Below are positions 19,819 through 29,080 of a stretch of DNA of 64,000 nt, in pieces. How positions within the stretch are numbered: the first letter of the stretch is position 1; every line of letters starts with the position of its first letter. Under the pieces are notes generated by a model. It had not been told where the DNA came from. It did no database searches and saw nothing but the letters and a program-made list of their open reading frames with translations. The stretch comes from an uncultured Chloroflexia bacterium (GTDB lineage: Bacteria; Chloroflexota; Limnocylindria; QHBO01), in the NCBI GenBank assembly GCA_963827475.1, contig CAWHAZ010000001.1, positions 1 to 64,000 of the forward strand, written 5' to 3'. The translations under genes and the position numbers were made by a program.

Positions 19819-21239
19819 CCTCCGCGGCGAACGACGAGCGGCTCAACCAGCTCCGCGCATCGCCATTCTTCGCCGAGGTGGGGGACGATCCGCTCCGCCG
19901 ACTCGCGGCCGATGCCGAGCCGCTTCGCCTCCGGCCGGGCGAGGCGCTCCTCCGCGAGGGCGACCCGGCCGAGGAGCTGTTCGTCGTCGTCAGCGGCGAC
20001 CTGGAGATCCGCAAGCTCTCGGGGAATGCGGAGGTGGCCCTGACCCGGGTCGGCCCCGGGTCGATCCAGGGCGAGATGGCGGCCTTCGAGCGGGGCCGGC
20101 GGATGGCATCGGTGTACGCGGTGACCGATGCCGAGGTGCTTCGGCTGCCGCTGGAGTCGGTGCTGGCCACGATCGCGGCCGACCCGGACGTTGCCACCGC
20201 TCTGCTGCGGACGGTCACCTCGCGACTCCGTGGCATCGAGGAGGCGCTCCGCCAGCGCGAGAAGCTCGCGGCCCTCGGCACGCTGGCCGCCGGGCTCGCC
20301 CACGAGCTGAACAACCCCGCCGCGGCCATCCGCCGCTCGGCCGACGAGCTGGCGGAGGTCACCCGCGAGCGGAACGCGGCGGCGCTTGGCATCACCGTCG
20401 GCCATCCCCAGCTCGAGGCCCTGGTCGGGGCCACGCCCTCGGCCGCCGGGGAGGCGCTTGACCCGCTCGCCCGAGCGGACCGGACCGACGAGGTCGCCGC
20501 CGCCCTGCGCGCCGTCGGCTTTCCCGAGTCGGAGGGCCCCGATGACGCCGCCGGTCGGCTGACCTCGACCGGGTGGACGGCCGACGACCTGCGCCGCGCG
20601 CTGGCCGGCCTCGATCCGGCGGCCGTCCCCGCCGCCGTGCGCTGGCTGGCGAGCGTCGCTTCCGGAGAGGAGCTCCTGTCGGAGATCCAGATGGCGGCGG
20701 CGCGGATCAGCGCCATCGTCGGCGCGACGAAGGGATACGCCTACCTCGACCAGGCGCCGGTCCAGCGCTTCGCGGTCACCAAGGGCATCGACGACACGCT
20801 GGTCATCCTCGAGCACAAGCTGGAGGACATCGCCGTCCGCCGCGACTATGCCCCGGACCTGCCCGAGATCGAGGGCTGGGGCAGCGAGCTGAACCAGGTC
20901 TGGACGAACATCCTCGACAACGCGATCGACGCCATGCACGGCCACGGCGAGATCACCATCAGCGCGGTCGCGACCGATGCCGGCGGGGTCCAGGTCGACC
21001 TCTGCGACGACGGCCCCGGGATCCCGCCGGACGTCGTGGCCAAGCTCTTCGAGCCGTTCTTCACGACCAAGCCCCCTGGTGTCGGATCCGGGCTGGGGCT
21101 GCATCTCAGCCACAACATCGTGGTCCAGCACGGCGGCACGATCGAGGTTGACTCGCGACCGGGGCGCACCTGCTTCGCCGTCACGCTGCCGCCGACGCTT
21201 CCCAGCCCGATCGACGGGCACGGGAACGCCGCCGGCTGA
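19815..21239 (+). CDS. Sensor histidine kinase with an N-terminal cNMP-binding domain
   Basis: LREGDPAEELFVVVSG...GEMA; AHELNNP, NILDNAIDA, DDGPGI, FFTTK, GSGLGL. Confidence 0.93.
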   Translation: MTSAANDERLNQLRASPFFAEVGDDPLRRLAADAEPLRLRPGEALLREGDPAEELFVVVSGDLEIRKLSGNAEVALTRVGPGSIQGEMAAFERGRRMASVYAVTDAEVLRLPLESVLATIAADPDVATALLRTVTSRLRGIEEALRQREKLAALGTLAAGLAHELNNPAAAIRRSADELAEVTRERNAAALGITVGHPQLEALVGATPSAAGEALDPLARADRTDEVAAALRAVGFPESEGPDDAAGRLTSTGWTADDLRRALAGLDPAAVPAAVRWLASVASGEELLSEIQMAAARISAIVGATKGYAYLDQAPVQRFAVTKGIDDTLVILEHKLEDIAVRRDYAPDLPEIEGWGSELNQVWTNILDNAIDAMHGHGEITISAVATDAGGVQVDLCDDGPGIPPDVVAKLFEPFFTTKPPGVGSGLGLHLSHNIVVQHGGTIEVDSRPGRTCFAVTLPPTLPSPIDGHGNAAG

Positions 21240-21256
21240 TTCAGCCGGCGGCGTTC
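21224..21256. terminator. Bidirectional hairpin terminator
   Basis: 16-bp perfect inverted repeat GAACGCCGCCGGCTGA-T-TCAGCCGGCGGCGTTC between convergent genes. Confidence 0.65.
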
Positions 21257-21276
21257 GGGGACGCTCAGGTCAAAGG

Positions 21277-21645
21277 TCAAACGGGCTCGCGGCGGAACAC
21301 GTTGACGCCCCACAGGATGATCAGCTCGAGGATGCTCCAGCCGACCAGGGCGACCACGGCCGCCAGGTCGAGGATCGACCCGCTCGCGGCAAGCGCATCG
21401 GTGCCCAGGACGCCTTCGAACGGCGCCACGAACAGCTGGCTGAACGCGTAGATCCCCGATACCAGCGCGTTGCTCTCCTGCGCGTCGATCAGCAGCAGGA
21501 CGATCCGGCTCAGGATCAGGATCTGGACGACGCCGAACACCAGCACGACGACGCGTCGCGCCATCTCGCCGCCGCTGGGTCGGACCTCCACCGTATGGTG
21601 GCTTTCCGAGGCCGTCGGCGCGCTGGGGATCGGGTCCTGGGTCAC
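21277..21645 (-). CDS. YggT-family membrane protein
   Basis: ILILSRIVLLL...FSQLFVAPFEG...LDLAAVVALVGW. Confidence 0.8.
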   Translation of the reverse strand: MTQDPIPSAPTASESHHTVEVRPSGGEMARRVVVLVFGVVQILILSRIVLLLIDAQESNALVSGIYAFSQLFVAPFEGVLGTDALAASGSILDLAAVVALVGWSILELIILWGVNVFRREPV

Positions 21646-21800
21646 GACAGTTCGGTGTTCTTCACGGGTCATTACCTACCTCCCGGCTCGCCTTACGAGC
21701 CCTGGTTCGCCGCGAAGTCTCGGTCCCATAGGCGTCCGGGGGCGTTGCAATGCGCTCACGCCGGCGTTGCATCGGCATCGCAGTCTCCGAAGCGGCCGCC

Positions 21801-21829
21801 TTGACACGCTTGCTGCTCGGGCGTACGGT
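21801..21829 (+). promoter_or_regulatory. Sigma70 promoter of the T-box/trpB2 transcript
   Basis: TTGACA 21801-21806, 17 bp, TACGGT 21824-21829. Confidence 0.75.
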
Positions 21830-21844
21830 CCCGCGCACAACTCA

Positions 21845-22133
21845 AGACGGCGACGATCGGGACGAGTACCCGTTCTGGCGAGCCTCCAGGGAGCCGGGAG
21901 CAGTGAGACCTCGGCGGCGGCGCGATCGGTGAATGGGCCCGTGAGCTCCGGGAGCGAACCCTAGCGGCAGTAGCGCCCGGCGGAGAGGCACCGATAGCGA
22001 AGCCGAGGCCATCGCCAGGACGCGGAAGCGTCCGAGCCGTGGTCGAATGAGCCCGGTCGAGAACACCGGGGAACAAAGGTGGCACCACGAGAGACCCCCT
22101 CGTCCTTTGGGACGGAGGGGTCGCGTTGTTCTC
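21845..22133 (+). promoter_or_regulatory. T-box riboswitch, Trp-specific
   Basis: AGTA, AGGGAG and GTGAGA stem I motifs; GAA-TGG specifier (UGG 21934-21936); T-box AAGGTGGCACCACG; antiterminator and terminator GACCCCCTCGTCC/GGACGGAGGGGTC. Confidence 0.92.
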
Positions 22134-22147
22134 TGGAGGTCCACCTC

Positions 22148-23524
22148 ATGTCCATCGCAGCACCGGAAGCCACGCGCCGGTTCACGCTCCCCGAGAGCGA
22201 GCTCCCGACGCACTACTACAACATCGCCGCCGACTTGCCGGAGCCGCTGCCCCCGCCGCTTCATCCGGGCACGAAGGAGCCCATCGGTCCAGAGGCCTTC
22301 GCGCCCCTGTTCCCGATGGAGCTCATCAGGCAGGAGGTCAGCGCCGAGCGGTTCATCGAGATCCCGGAGCCGGTCCGGGAGGTGTACCGCATCTACCGCC
22401 CCTCCCCGCTGATCCGGGCACTCGGCCTGGAGCGGGCGCTCGATACCCCGGCCCGCATCTACTACAAGAACGAGAGCGTCTCGCCGGCGGGGTCCCACAA
22501 ACCCAACACGGCGGTGGCGCAGGCGTACTACAACCAGGCCGAAGGGATCCGACGCCTGACGACCGAGACCGGCGCCGGCCAGTGGGGCAGCGCCCTCGCC
22601 TTCGCCGGGGCGCTGTTCGGGATCGAGACCAAGGTCTACATGGTCAAGGTCTCCTACGACCAGAAGCCGTTCCGACGGAGCTTCATCGAGACCTTCGGGG
22701 CACAGATCATCGCCTCGCCCTCGACCGAGACGAACGCGGGTCGCCAGATCCTGGCGGCGGATCCGGATTCGACCGGGAGCCTGGGAATCGCGATCAGCGA
22801 GGCGATCGAGGAGGCGGCCACCCGCGAGGACACGCACTACTCGATCGGAAGCGCGCTCAACCACGTCCTGCTGCACCAGACGGTCATCGGTCAGGAGGCG
22901 ATCAAGCAGATGGAGATGGCGGGCGACGTGCCCGACGTCGTCATCGGCTGCGCGGGTGGCGGCTCGAACTTCTCGGGCATCGCCTTCCCGTTCCTCCGCG
23001 ATCGACTGACCGGGAATGCGACGACCCGCTTCCTGGCGGTGGAGCCGGCATCGTGTCCGTCCCTGACCCGGGGCGAGTATCGGTATGACTTCGGCGACAC
23101 CGTGGGCATGACCCCGCTGCTGAAGATGCACACCCTGGGCAGCGGGTTCCGGCCGGCGCCAATCCATGCCGGCGGGCTGCGCTACCACGGCATGGCGCCG
23201 CTGGTCTCGCACCTGTACGAGCTGGGCTTCCTCGAGGCCAGGGCCTATGGGCAGAACACGTGCTTCGAGGCGGCGGTCCAGTTCGCCCGGACCGAGGGGA
23301 TCATTCCGGCGCCCGAGTCGAGCCACGCCATCCGGGCGGCCATCGACGAGGCGCTCGAGGCCCGCGAGGCCGGGGAGTCGCGGGTGATCCTGTTCAACCT
23401 CTCCGGCCATGGCTACTTCGACATGGCGGCCTACGACCAGTACCTGGCCGGCCAGCTGACCGACGTCGAGTACGAGCCCCTGGCCGCCGCCGAAAACGGG
23501 GTCGAGCCCGCCGCCGTGGCGTAG
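22148..23524 (+). CDS. trpB2: Tryptophan synthase beta chain, type 2
   Basis: [45 protein letters not shown]. Confidence 0.95.
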   Translation: MSIAAPEATRRFTLPESELPTHYYNIAADLPEPLPPPLHPGTKEPIGPEAFAPLFPMELIRQEVSAERFIEIPEPVREVYRIYRPSPLIRALGLERALDTPARIYYKNESVSPAGSHKPNTAVAQAYYNQAEGIRRLTTETGAGQWGSALAFAGALFGIETKVYMVKVSYDQKPFRRSFIETFGAQIIASPSTETNAGRQILAADPDSTGSLGIAISEAIEEAATREDTHYSIGSALNHVLLHQTVIGQEAIKQMEMAGDVPDVVIGCAGGGSNFSGIAFPFLRDRLTGNATTRFLAVEPASCPSLTRGEYRYDFGDTVGMTPLLKMHTLGSGFRPAPIHAGGLRYHGMAPLVSHLYELGFLEARAYGQNTCFEAAVQFARTEGIIPAPESSHAIRAAIDEALEAREAGESRVILFNLSGHGYFDMAAYDQYLAGQLTDVEYEPLAAAENGVEPAAVA

Positions 23525-23754
23525 GACCTTCGGATGTCTCCGCGTCGGGGTGCCAGGCCCTCATGGTGCCCCGACGCACCTCTTTAGGACCCATCGACCG
23601 CTCCAGACCGCCCCGGTCCACCCCCGCCGACTGATGTTGGGGGCTAGCCAGGCCTGGTACCGATGGGTACAGTCGTCGGGCGAGCTGGACAGAACCCAGC
23701 CGCCCGGCTGTCGCCTCGGCTGGTCAGTGCCCAACCATCCTGGAGGCGTCACCT

Positions 23755-24519
23755 GTGCGCAGCATCCGTCTGTCCATCCTCTCCGCACTCCTCCTTGCCC
23801 TGGCCACCGCCGGCACCGCCCTCGGTTGGGTGGCCCCGCAGCTGGCGGCCGAGTGTGCCGAGGACGAGAACCACTATTCGTGGACGATCAATCTGCATGC
23901 CGAGAGCAACCAGAACATCCAGTTGTCCTGGGTGTCGGATTTCTCGGTCGTCTTCGACACGCTTGACTTCGGGACCTCCGGGCCCCACTCGTTCGAGACA
24001 GTCCGCGGCGGAGCCACCCTGTACGTGCGCTACGCGTCCGACCACAACGCCAAGGCCAGCGCTGCCGCCAACGCGGAGCTGTGCGAGCCCCCGGTCGTCG
24101 TCAGCGCCCAGCTGGTCACGTGCGAGGGGTCTGAGGACACTCCGCGGATCCGGGTTCAGGCAACCATCCTGCTGACCCTGCTCCACCTGTTCCTCGACGG
24201 CGCGCCGGTTGAGTTCGACACGAATACCGGAGATGCCTTCGTCGAACCGGGCACTTATGCCTGGTCGATCGAGGACCTCGATGGGCGCGTCCTGGGCTCG
24301 GGCAGCCTCACGGTCGAACCCTGCGCCACCGAGGCGTCGGAGCCTGAGGGCAGCCAAGCCGGCGCCACCGGGACACCGGCCGGATCGATCCCCGACACCG
24401 CGGCCTCGGTGGTTGGCTTCAGTGGCCCGCTGACGACCGTTGGCTTCGGCCTCATCCTGCTCGGCTCTCTCGGCGCGTTGGCCTACGCCAACATGCGCGG
24501 GGCCCGCGAGCGCAGCTAA
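23755..24519 (+). CDS. Secreted surface protein with a sortase-type C-terminal signal
   Basis: Signal peptide; IPDTA, TM helix and basic tail RGARERS. Confidence 0.72.
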   Translation: MRSIRLSILSALLLALATAGTALGWVAPQLAAECAEDENHYSWTINLHAESNQNIQLSWVSDFSVVFDTLDFGTSGPHSFETVRGGATLYVRYASDHNAKASAAANAELCEPPVVVSAQLVTCEGSEDTPRIRVQATILLTLLHLFLDGAPVEFDTNTGDAFVEPGTYAWSIEDLDGRVLGSGSLTVEPCATEASEPEGSQAGATGTPAGSIPDTAASVVGFSGPLTTVGFGLILLGSLGALAYANMRGARERS

Positions 24520-24623
24520 GCAGTCCAGTCGGTCAGGCCCCATCGCCCTTGGGGCCTGACCATCAATCCGGCGCCAAGGCCATCGTGGCCTGAGGCGCCG
24601 CTGACGCAGCCCCCCTGGCAGAG

Positions 24624-24655
24624 ACGGGGTACGGACCGGTCCGTACCCCGTTTCC
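24624..24655 (+). terminator. Intrinsic terminator / 28-bp perfect palindrome
   Basis: ACGGGGTACGGACC|GGTCCGTACCCCGT followed by TTCCTGTT. Confidence 0.7.
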
Positions 24656-24677
24656 TGTTGTGGCGCTACCCTTAGGC

Positions 24678-24962
24678 ATGGCTCGCGCAACGTGGAACGG
24701 CGCCGTCCTCGCCGAGAGCGACGAGGTCGAGCTCGTCGAGGGCAACGTCTACTTTCCGCCGGGCTCGGTGAGGACCGAGTACCTGAAGCCCAGCGACACC
24801 CACACGGTCTGCTGGTGGAAGGGGACCGCCAGCTACTACACCCTCGTCGTGGATGGATCCGAGAACCCCGACGCGGCGTGGTACTACCCCGACGCGTCGG
24901 AGAAGGCGAAGAACGTCGAGGGCTACGTGGCCTTCTGGAAGGGCGTCACCGTCGACCGCTAG
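24678..24962 (+). CDS. DUF427 family protein
   Basis: VEGNVYFP, CWWKGTASYY, AAWYYP, VAFWKGV. Confidence 0.92.
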   Translation: MARATWNGAVLAESDEVELVEGNVYFPPGSVRTEYLKPSDTHTVCWWKGTASYYTLVVDGSENPDAAWYYPDASEKAKNVEGYVAFWKGVTVDR

Positions 24963-25753
24963 TCCAAGGCGCTTCCGGCCAGCTGCAGCCCGTAGCCGGC
25001 GATGCTCAGCTCGAGGAGGCTGGCGTCCACCTCGTAGCGCACGACATCGGCACTGAGGACGGTCAGCATCGCCTCCTCCATGTCCGCGGCTCCGCCCTCG
25101 CATGCCATCCGGGTCAGGGCGATCTCCCCGAATCGGATCGTGTCGGCCCGGACCTCCGCCCCGCCACTCCCCGAATTGCAGCCGGTATTGACCATGACCA
25201 GCTGGTCATCGGTGAAGACGAGGGTCGCGACCACGCCCTCCGGCACGGTGGACGCCGCGTCACCGGAGATGATCGCCCTCACGGTCCAGACCGGACCAAC
25301 GAGCGGCAGATCGGGATCGGCCACCTCGCGGTCGAGGAGCGTGATCAGGGTCTCGCCGTCTTCGAGCATCAACTCGTCGCCGCTGAGCTGGATCAATGGC
25401 TGCGACCCGAGGAACGCGAACAGCCACTCGTCCTGCTCGCTGAGCGCGGGCTCGCACCCGATCTCGGTCATCGCGCCCTCGGTGATCGCCAGCACCCCGC
25501 CGTCGATCCGGTACGCCGCCCCGAAGTGGTTGCACCCGGCATGGGCGGCGAGCATGTCGGCATCATCGAACGCGAGCCGAATCCTGGTCCCCTCGACGAG
25601 CGGCTGCGCCTGCCCGCCGACCGTGACCGACGTCGACAGGAACTCGCGTCCGGCCAGGTCCGGGCTGCCACCGCCCGGCAGGAAGGCGCAGCCCGCCGCC
25701 AGCATGGCCAGCAACGCGGCGAGACCTATTCGTGAGATGGTCATCCCGTGCAT
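24959..25753 (-). CDS. META/HslJ-domain lipoprotein (two domains)
   Basis: Lipobox LAAGC; AGCN and TGCN motifs; TEIGC and TRMAC. Confidence 0.9.
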   Translation of the reverse strand: MHGMTISRIGLAALLAMLAAGCAFLPGGGSPDLAGREFLSTSVTVGGQAQPLVEGTRIRLAFDDADMLAAHAGCNHFGAAYRIDGGVLAITEGAMTEIGCEPALSEQDEWLFAFLGSQPLIQLSGDELMLEDGETLITLLDREVADPDLPLVGPVWTVRAIISGDAASTVPEGVVATLVFTDDQLVMVNTGCNSGSGGAEVRADTIRFGEIALTRMACEGGAADMEEAMLTVLSADVVRYEVDASLLELSIAGYGLQLAGSALD

Positions 25754-25806
25754 GTGACGCTCCCCTCGCCAGTGCGGTTCCGATCATGCGCCGCTGAGGG
25801 GCTGCT

Positions 25807-26685
25807 GTGAAGTTCGGACTTCAGATCAGCTCGTTCACCTGGCCCGGCGGCGCGGCCGCCATCGGTCCCACGTTCGGCCGCGTGGTCCGCGCCGCGGACG
25901 ATGCCGGCTTCGACTCGATCTGGGTCATGGACCATTTCTTCCAGATCCGCGGGCTCGGGCCGCCGGAGGCGCCAATGCTCGACGGCTCGACCGCGCTCGG
26001 CTTCATGGCCGCCCACTCGGAACGGGCGCGGCTGGGGCTCATGGTCGGAGGCATCCACTACCGCCCGCCCGGCATCTGGATCAAGGCCACCACCACCCTC
26101 GACGTCCTGTCCGGCGGGCGGGCCTGGTTCGGGATCGGCGCCGCGTGGAACGAGGAGGAGTCGATGGGCCTGGGCTGGCCCTTCCCCCCGCTCCGCGAGC
26201 GGTTCGAGATGCTCGAGGAGACTCTCCAGATGGCGCACGCGATGTGGACCGATGGCAGCGGGACCCAGGGCCGCCACGACGGGAAGCACTACACCGCCAC
26301 CCGGCTCCTGAACTCGCCCCAGTCGATCAGCCGGCCACGGGTGCCGATCATGATCGGCGGAGGTGGCGAGCGGAAGACCCTGCGACTGGTGGCCCAGTAC
26401 GCGGACGCCTCGAACGTCTTCGGCGACCCGGACACTCTCCGCCGCAAGTACGCCGTCCTGCGCGAGCACTGCGAGCGGCTCGGCCGCCCGTACGAGGAGA
26501 TCGAGCGGAGCGTGCTGAAGTCGGTCGACCCGGAGCGCGACTCGGCGGAGGCCATCGTGGACCGATGGGGCGCGCTGGCCGAGGCGGGCGCCCAGCACGT
26601 CATCTTCAGCGTCCGCGGGGTGCACGACACCAGCCGCCTGGACTGGGTCGGCGCCGAGGTGTTTCCGCAGCTGCGGTCCCTGTAG
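25807..26685 (+). CDS. LLM-class F420-dependent oxidoreductase
   Basis: FDSIWVMDHFFQI, LDVLSGGR, IMIGGGGERKTLRLVAQYAD. Confidence 0.92.
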   Translation: MKFGLQISSFTWPGGAAAIGPTFGRVVRAADDAGFDSIWVMDHFFQIRGLGPPEAPMLDGSTALGFMAAHSERARLGLMVGGIHYRPPGIWIKATTTLDVLSGGRAWFGIGAAWNEEESMGLGWPFPPLRERFEMLEETLQMAHAMWTDGSGTQGRHDGKHYTATRLLNSPQSISRPRVPIMIGGGGERKTLRLVAQYADASNVFGDPDTLRRKYAVLREHCERLGRPYEEIERSVLKSVDPERDSAEAIVDRWGALAEAGAQHVIFSVRGVHDTSRLDWVGAEVFPQLRSL

Positions 26686-26697
26686 GCTGCGCGAACG

Positions 26698-27030
26698 ATG
26701 AGCTTTCCGAACACCGCGCCGATCAGCGGGTCCGAGAAGGGATGGGGCCTCGTCGTGGCGGTCATCGCCTTCCCGGTCGGGCTGATCGCGCTCGTGGGCC
26801 TGCTCGCCGGCCAGCGCTGGGCGCGGTGGCTGGGGCTCATCCTGGGGGCGGTGGTCGCGGTCCTCGGCGTGGTCGCGGCCGTCTGGCTGGTCGCGTACTT
26901 CCTTCCCGAGCAGGGATCGAGCTACCCGTACGGCCCGTGGTTCGTGTTCCTGGCCGGCCTGGCTGCGGTCCTCGGCGTGCTGGCGGCCCGGAAATTCCGG
27001 GCGGGGCTCCGGTCGATGGAGACCGAGTAG
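26698..27030 (+). CDS. Small membrane protein
   Basis: Three hydrophobic helices; TAGGCT -10 upstream. Confidence 0.65.
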   Translation: MSFPNTAPISGSEKGWGLVVAVIAFPVGLIALVGLLAGQRWARWLGLILGAVVAVLGVVAAVWLVAYFLPEQGSSYPYGPWFVFLAGLAAVLGVLAARKFRAGLRSMETE

Positions 27031-27064
27031 CTCCCAGACCGAGTCGTTCTCAGACCGATTCGTC

Positions 27065-29080
27065 TCAGGCGTCGGCGATGACGGCGCGGGCCGTTCGCTC
27101 GGCGAGGGTCATGATCGTCAACATGGGGTTCACCCCGGCGGCGGTCGGGAACAGCGAGCCGTCCGCCACGTAGAGGCCCGCGATCGGACCCCACGTCTCC
27201 CCGGTGCGCACGCGGCCGTGGGGGTCGCACGGATGGCTCCGCGGATCGGCGCCCGCCCGCGCCGTGCCCATCTGGTGGGCCGAGAAGAGGAACGCCCGAT
27301 TCGGGGCGAAGTCGGCTCGCGCGCGCCGGCCGAGGAAGGCGGCCCACTCCGTCTCCGTGCCCGGCGCCGCGTTGAATCGGTCGGGTGGGGTGCCGCCGAC
27401 GATGAGCTCGACCGCACCGGCGGCCCGCCCAAGCCGGCTGAGCTCCACGGTGGCGCGCGCCGCGGTTCGGCGGTCGGCATCCGCCAGCCGGTAGTCGATC
27501 CGCGGCCGGCCGCTCCGGCTCCATCGCACGCGGCCGGCGGACACGTCCCGCAGCGCGGCGCCCAGCGGGACCATGAAACGGGCCTCGCGCATCATGCGGC
27601 GGCCGGCGTCGCCGCCTTCCCACGGAAACGCGCTGGCAATGAGTCCCGGATGGGCAGGGCCGGTCTCGATGAAGAAGCCGCCGTGCGCAGGCCCCACCCC
27701 ATCCACCGCTGCCGGCCCGGGTCGCACGAATTCGAGCGAGCGCGCCGCCTGCAGCGGGCCCAGCCACATCTGCACCGGGTCGGGCATGCGGGCGATGACC
27801 ACGGTGGCCGGATGCAGCCGGAGGTTGGCACCCAGCTCGGGGTGCTCCACCCCGCTCGAGGCGAGGACCAGGGATGTGCGAAGCGCCCCCGCCGCGACCA
27901 CCACCTGCCGGGCGTGGATGCTGAACGTGCGGCCCGGTTCGCCAGCCGCCGATCCAAGCCGGCCCCGGACCCCGGCCGCGGCGCCTCCTTCGAACGTCAC
28001 CTGCTCAACGGTCGCGTCCGCCAGCACCCGCGCCCCACCCGCGTGGGCGGCGGCGAGGTGCGCGCGGAGGCCCGAGCGCTTCGCCCCGGCCCGGCACCCG
28101 AACCCGCAGGCCCCGCAGTCTGTGCAGGGACCGGCGTTCCGTTCGGTGAGCGCGTGCTCCCACCCCAGGGCCTCCGCCCCATCGAGGATCGCCTTGTCCT
28201 TCGGCGGCACCGTGGACGGCGGCTGGATTTCGAGCTCGGCGCGGAGGCGGACGAGGTCCGCATCGGTCTGTTCGCCGGCGAAGCCCTCCAGTCCGTGGTC
28301 GGCGGCCCACTCGTCGCGCAGCCAGTGGGGCGGCGCAAAGCAGGTCGTCCAGTTGGTCGTCGTCCCGCCGCCGACGCCGGTCCCGGCCACGATCGTGATG
28401 CCGAGGTCAGCGGTCGAGGTCGTGCCGCGGTCGAGATAGAGACGTCGGAACGCCTCGCCCTCGTTCACGGGCATCTCCGCCTCGGACAGGTACGGACCCG
28501 CCTCGACGACCAGCACGTCACGCCCCGCCTCCACCAGACGCGCGGCGACCACGCCGCCACCGGCTCCCGATCCCACGATCACGACGTCCGTCTCGAGGGC
28601 GAGCGGCTCCGACGAGGAACGGTCCACGGCCATCGGCACGATGGAGGCGGGTGGAGCGGCAACCGGTGCGGCCGGGGCGTAGCCGATCTCGGGCCATGCC
28701 GAGTTTCCGGCGCCATCGGCGCCGGCATCGGTCCAGGCCAGGAACAGGGACAGCCGCTTGAACGCCTGGAACGCCGTCCGGCGCTGAGCGAGCCGGCTGC
28801 CGGCCCATCCCAGCAGCAACCGATCCCGGCCTGGCCCGTCGAGGTCCGTCAGCCGGTGCCACCCGCCGCCGGTCAGCAGGTTCGCGACCGGCGTGTCGAG
28901 GGCGGTGACCACCAGTCGCAGCTGGCGGAGGTCATCCGGGTCGGCGACCGCGTTCAGGGTCTCGGCGGCCAGGACGGCGCGGCGGTCGTAATCGGCGGCG
29001 GCGAAACCGGGCGCGAAGGACTCGGCCAGGGTGGCCAGGGTGGCGAGCTGGCGCGGCGACCAGCCCTCGGGCGGGTTCAC
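27065..29080 (-). CDS. GMC oxidoreductase (long-chain alcohol oxidase-like)
   Basis: VGSGAGGG, GGGTTTNW, CxxCGxCxxGC, SAHQMGT, GVNPMLTI. Confidence 0.92.
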   Translation of the reverse strand: MNPPEGWSPRQLATLATLAESFAPGFAAADYDRRAVLAAETLNAVADPDDLRQLRLVVTALDTPVANLLTGGGWHRLTDLDGPGRDRLLLGWAGSRLAQRRTAFQAFKRLSLFLAWTDAGADGAGNSAWPEIGYAPAAPVAAPPASIVPMAVDRSSSEPLALETDVVIVGSGAGGGVVAARLVEAGRDVLVVEAGPYLSEAEMPVNEGEAFRRLYLDRGTTSTADLGITIVAGTGVGGGTTTNWTTCFAPPHWLRDEWAADHGLEGFAGEQTDADLVRLRAELEIQPPSTVPPKDKAILDGAEALGWEHALTERNAGPCTDCGACGFGCRAGAKRSGLRAHLAAAHAGGARVLADATVEQVTFEGGAAAGVRGRLGSAAGEPGRTFSIHARQVVVAAGALRTSLVLASSGVEHPELGANLRLHPATVVIARMPDPVQMWLGPLQAARSLEFVRPGPAAVDGVGPAHGGFFIETGPAHPGLIASAFPWEGGDAGRRMMREARFMVPLGAALRDVSAGRVRWSRSGRPRIDYRLADADRRTAARATVELSRLGRAAGAVELIVGGTPPDRFNAAPGTETEWAAFLGRRARADFAPNRAFLFSAHQMGTARAGADPRSHPCDPHGRVRTGETWGPIAGLYVADGSLFPTAAGVNPMLTIMTLAERTARAVIADA

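Noticed and set aside
23675-23750. Hairpin leader before the surface protein as a c-di-GMP or other riboswitch
   Set aside because: One stem is present but no recognisable aptamer consensus
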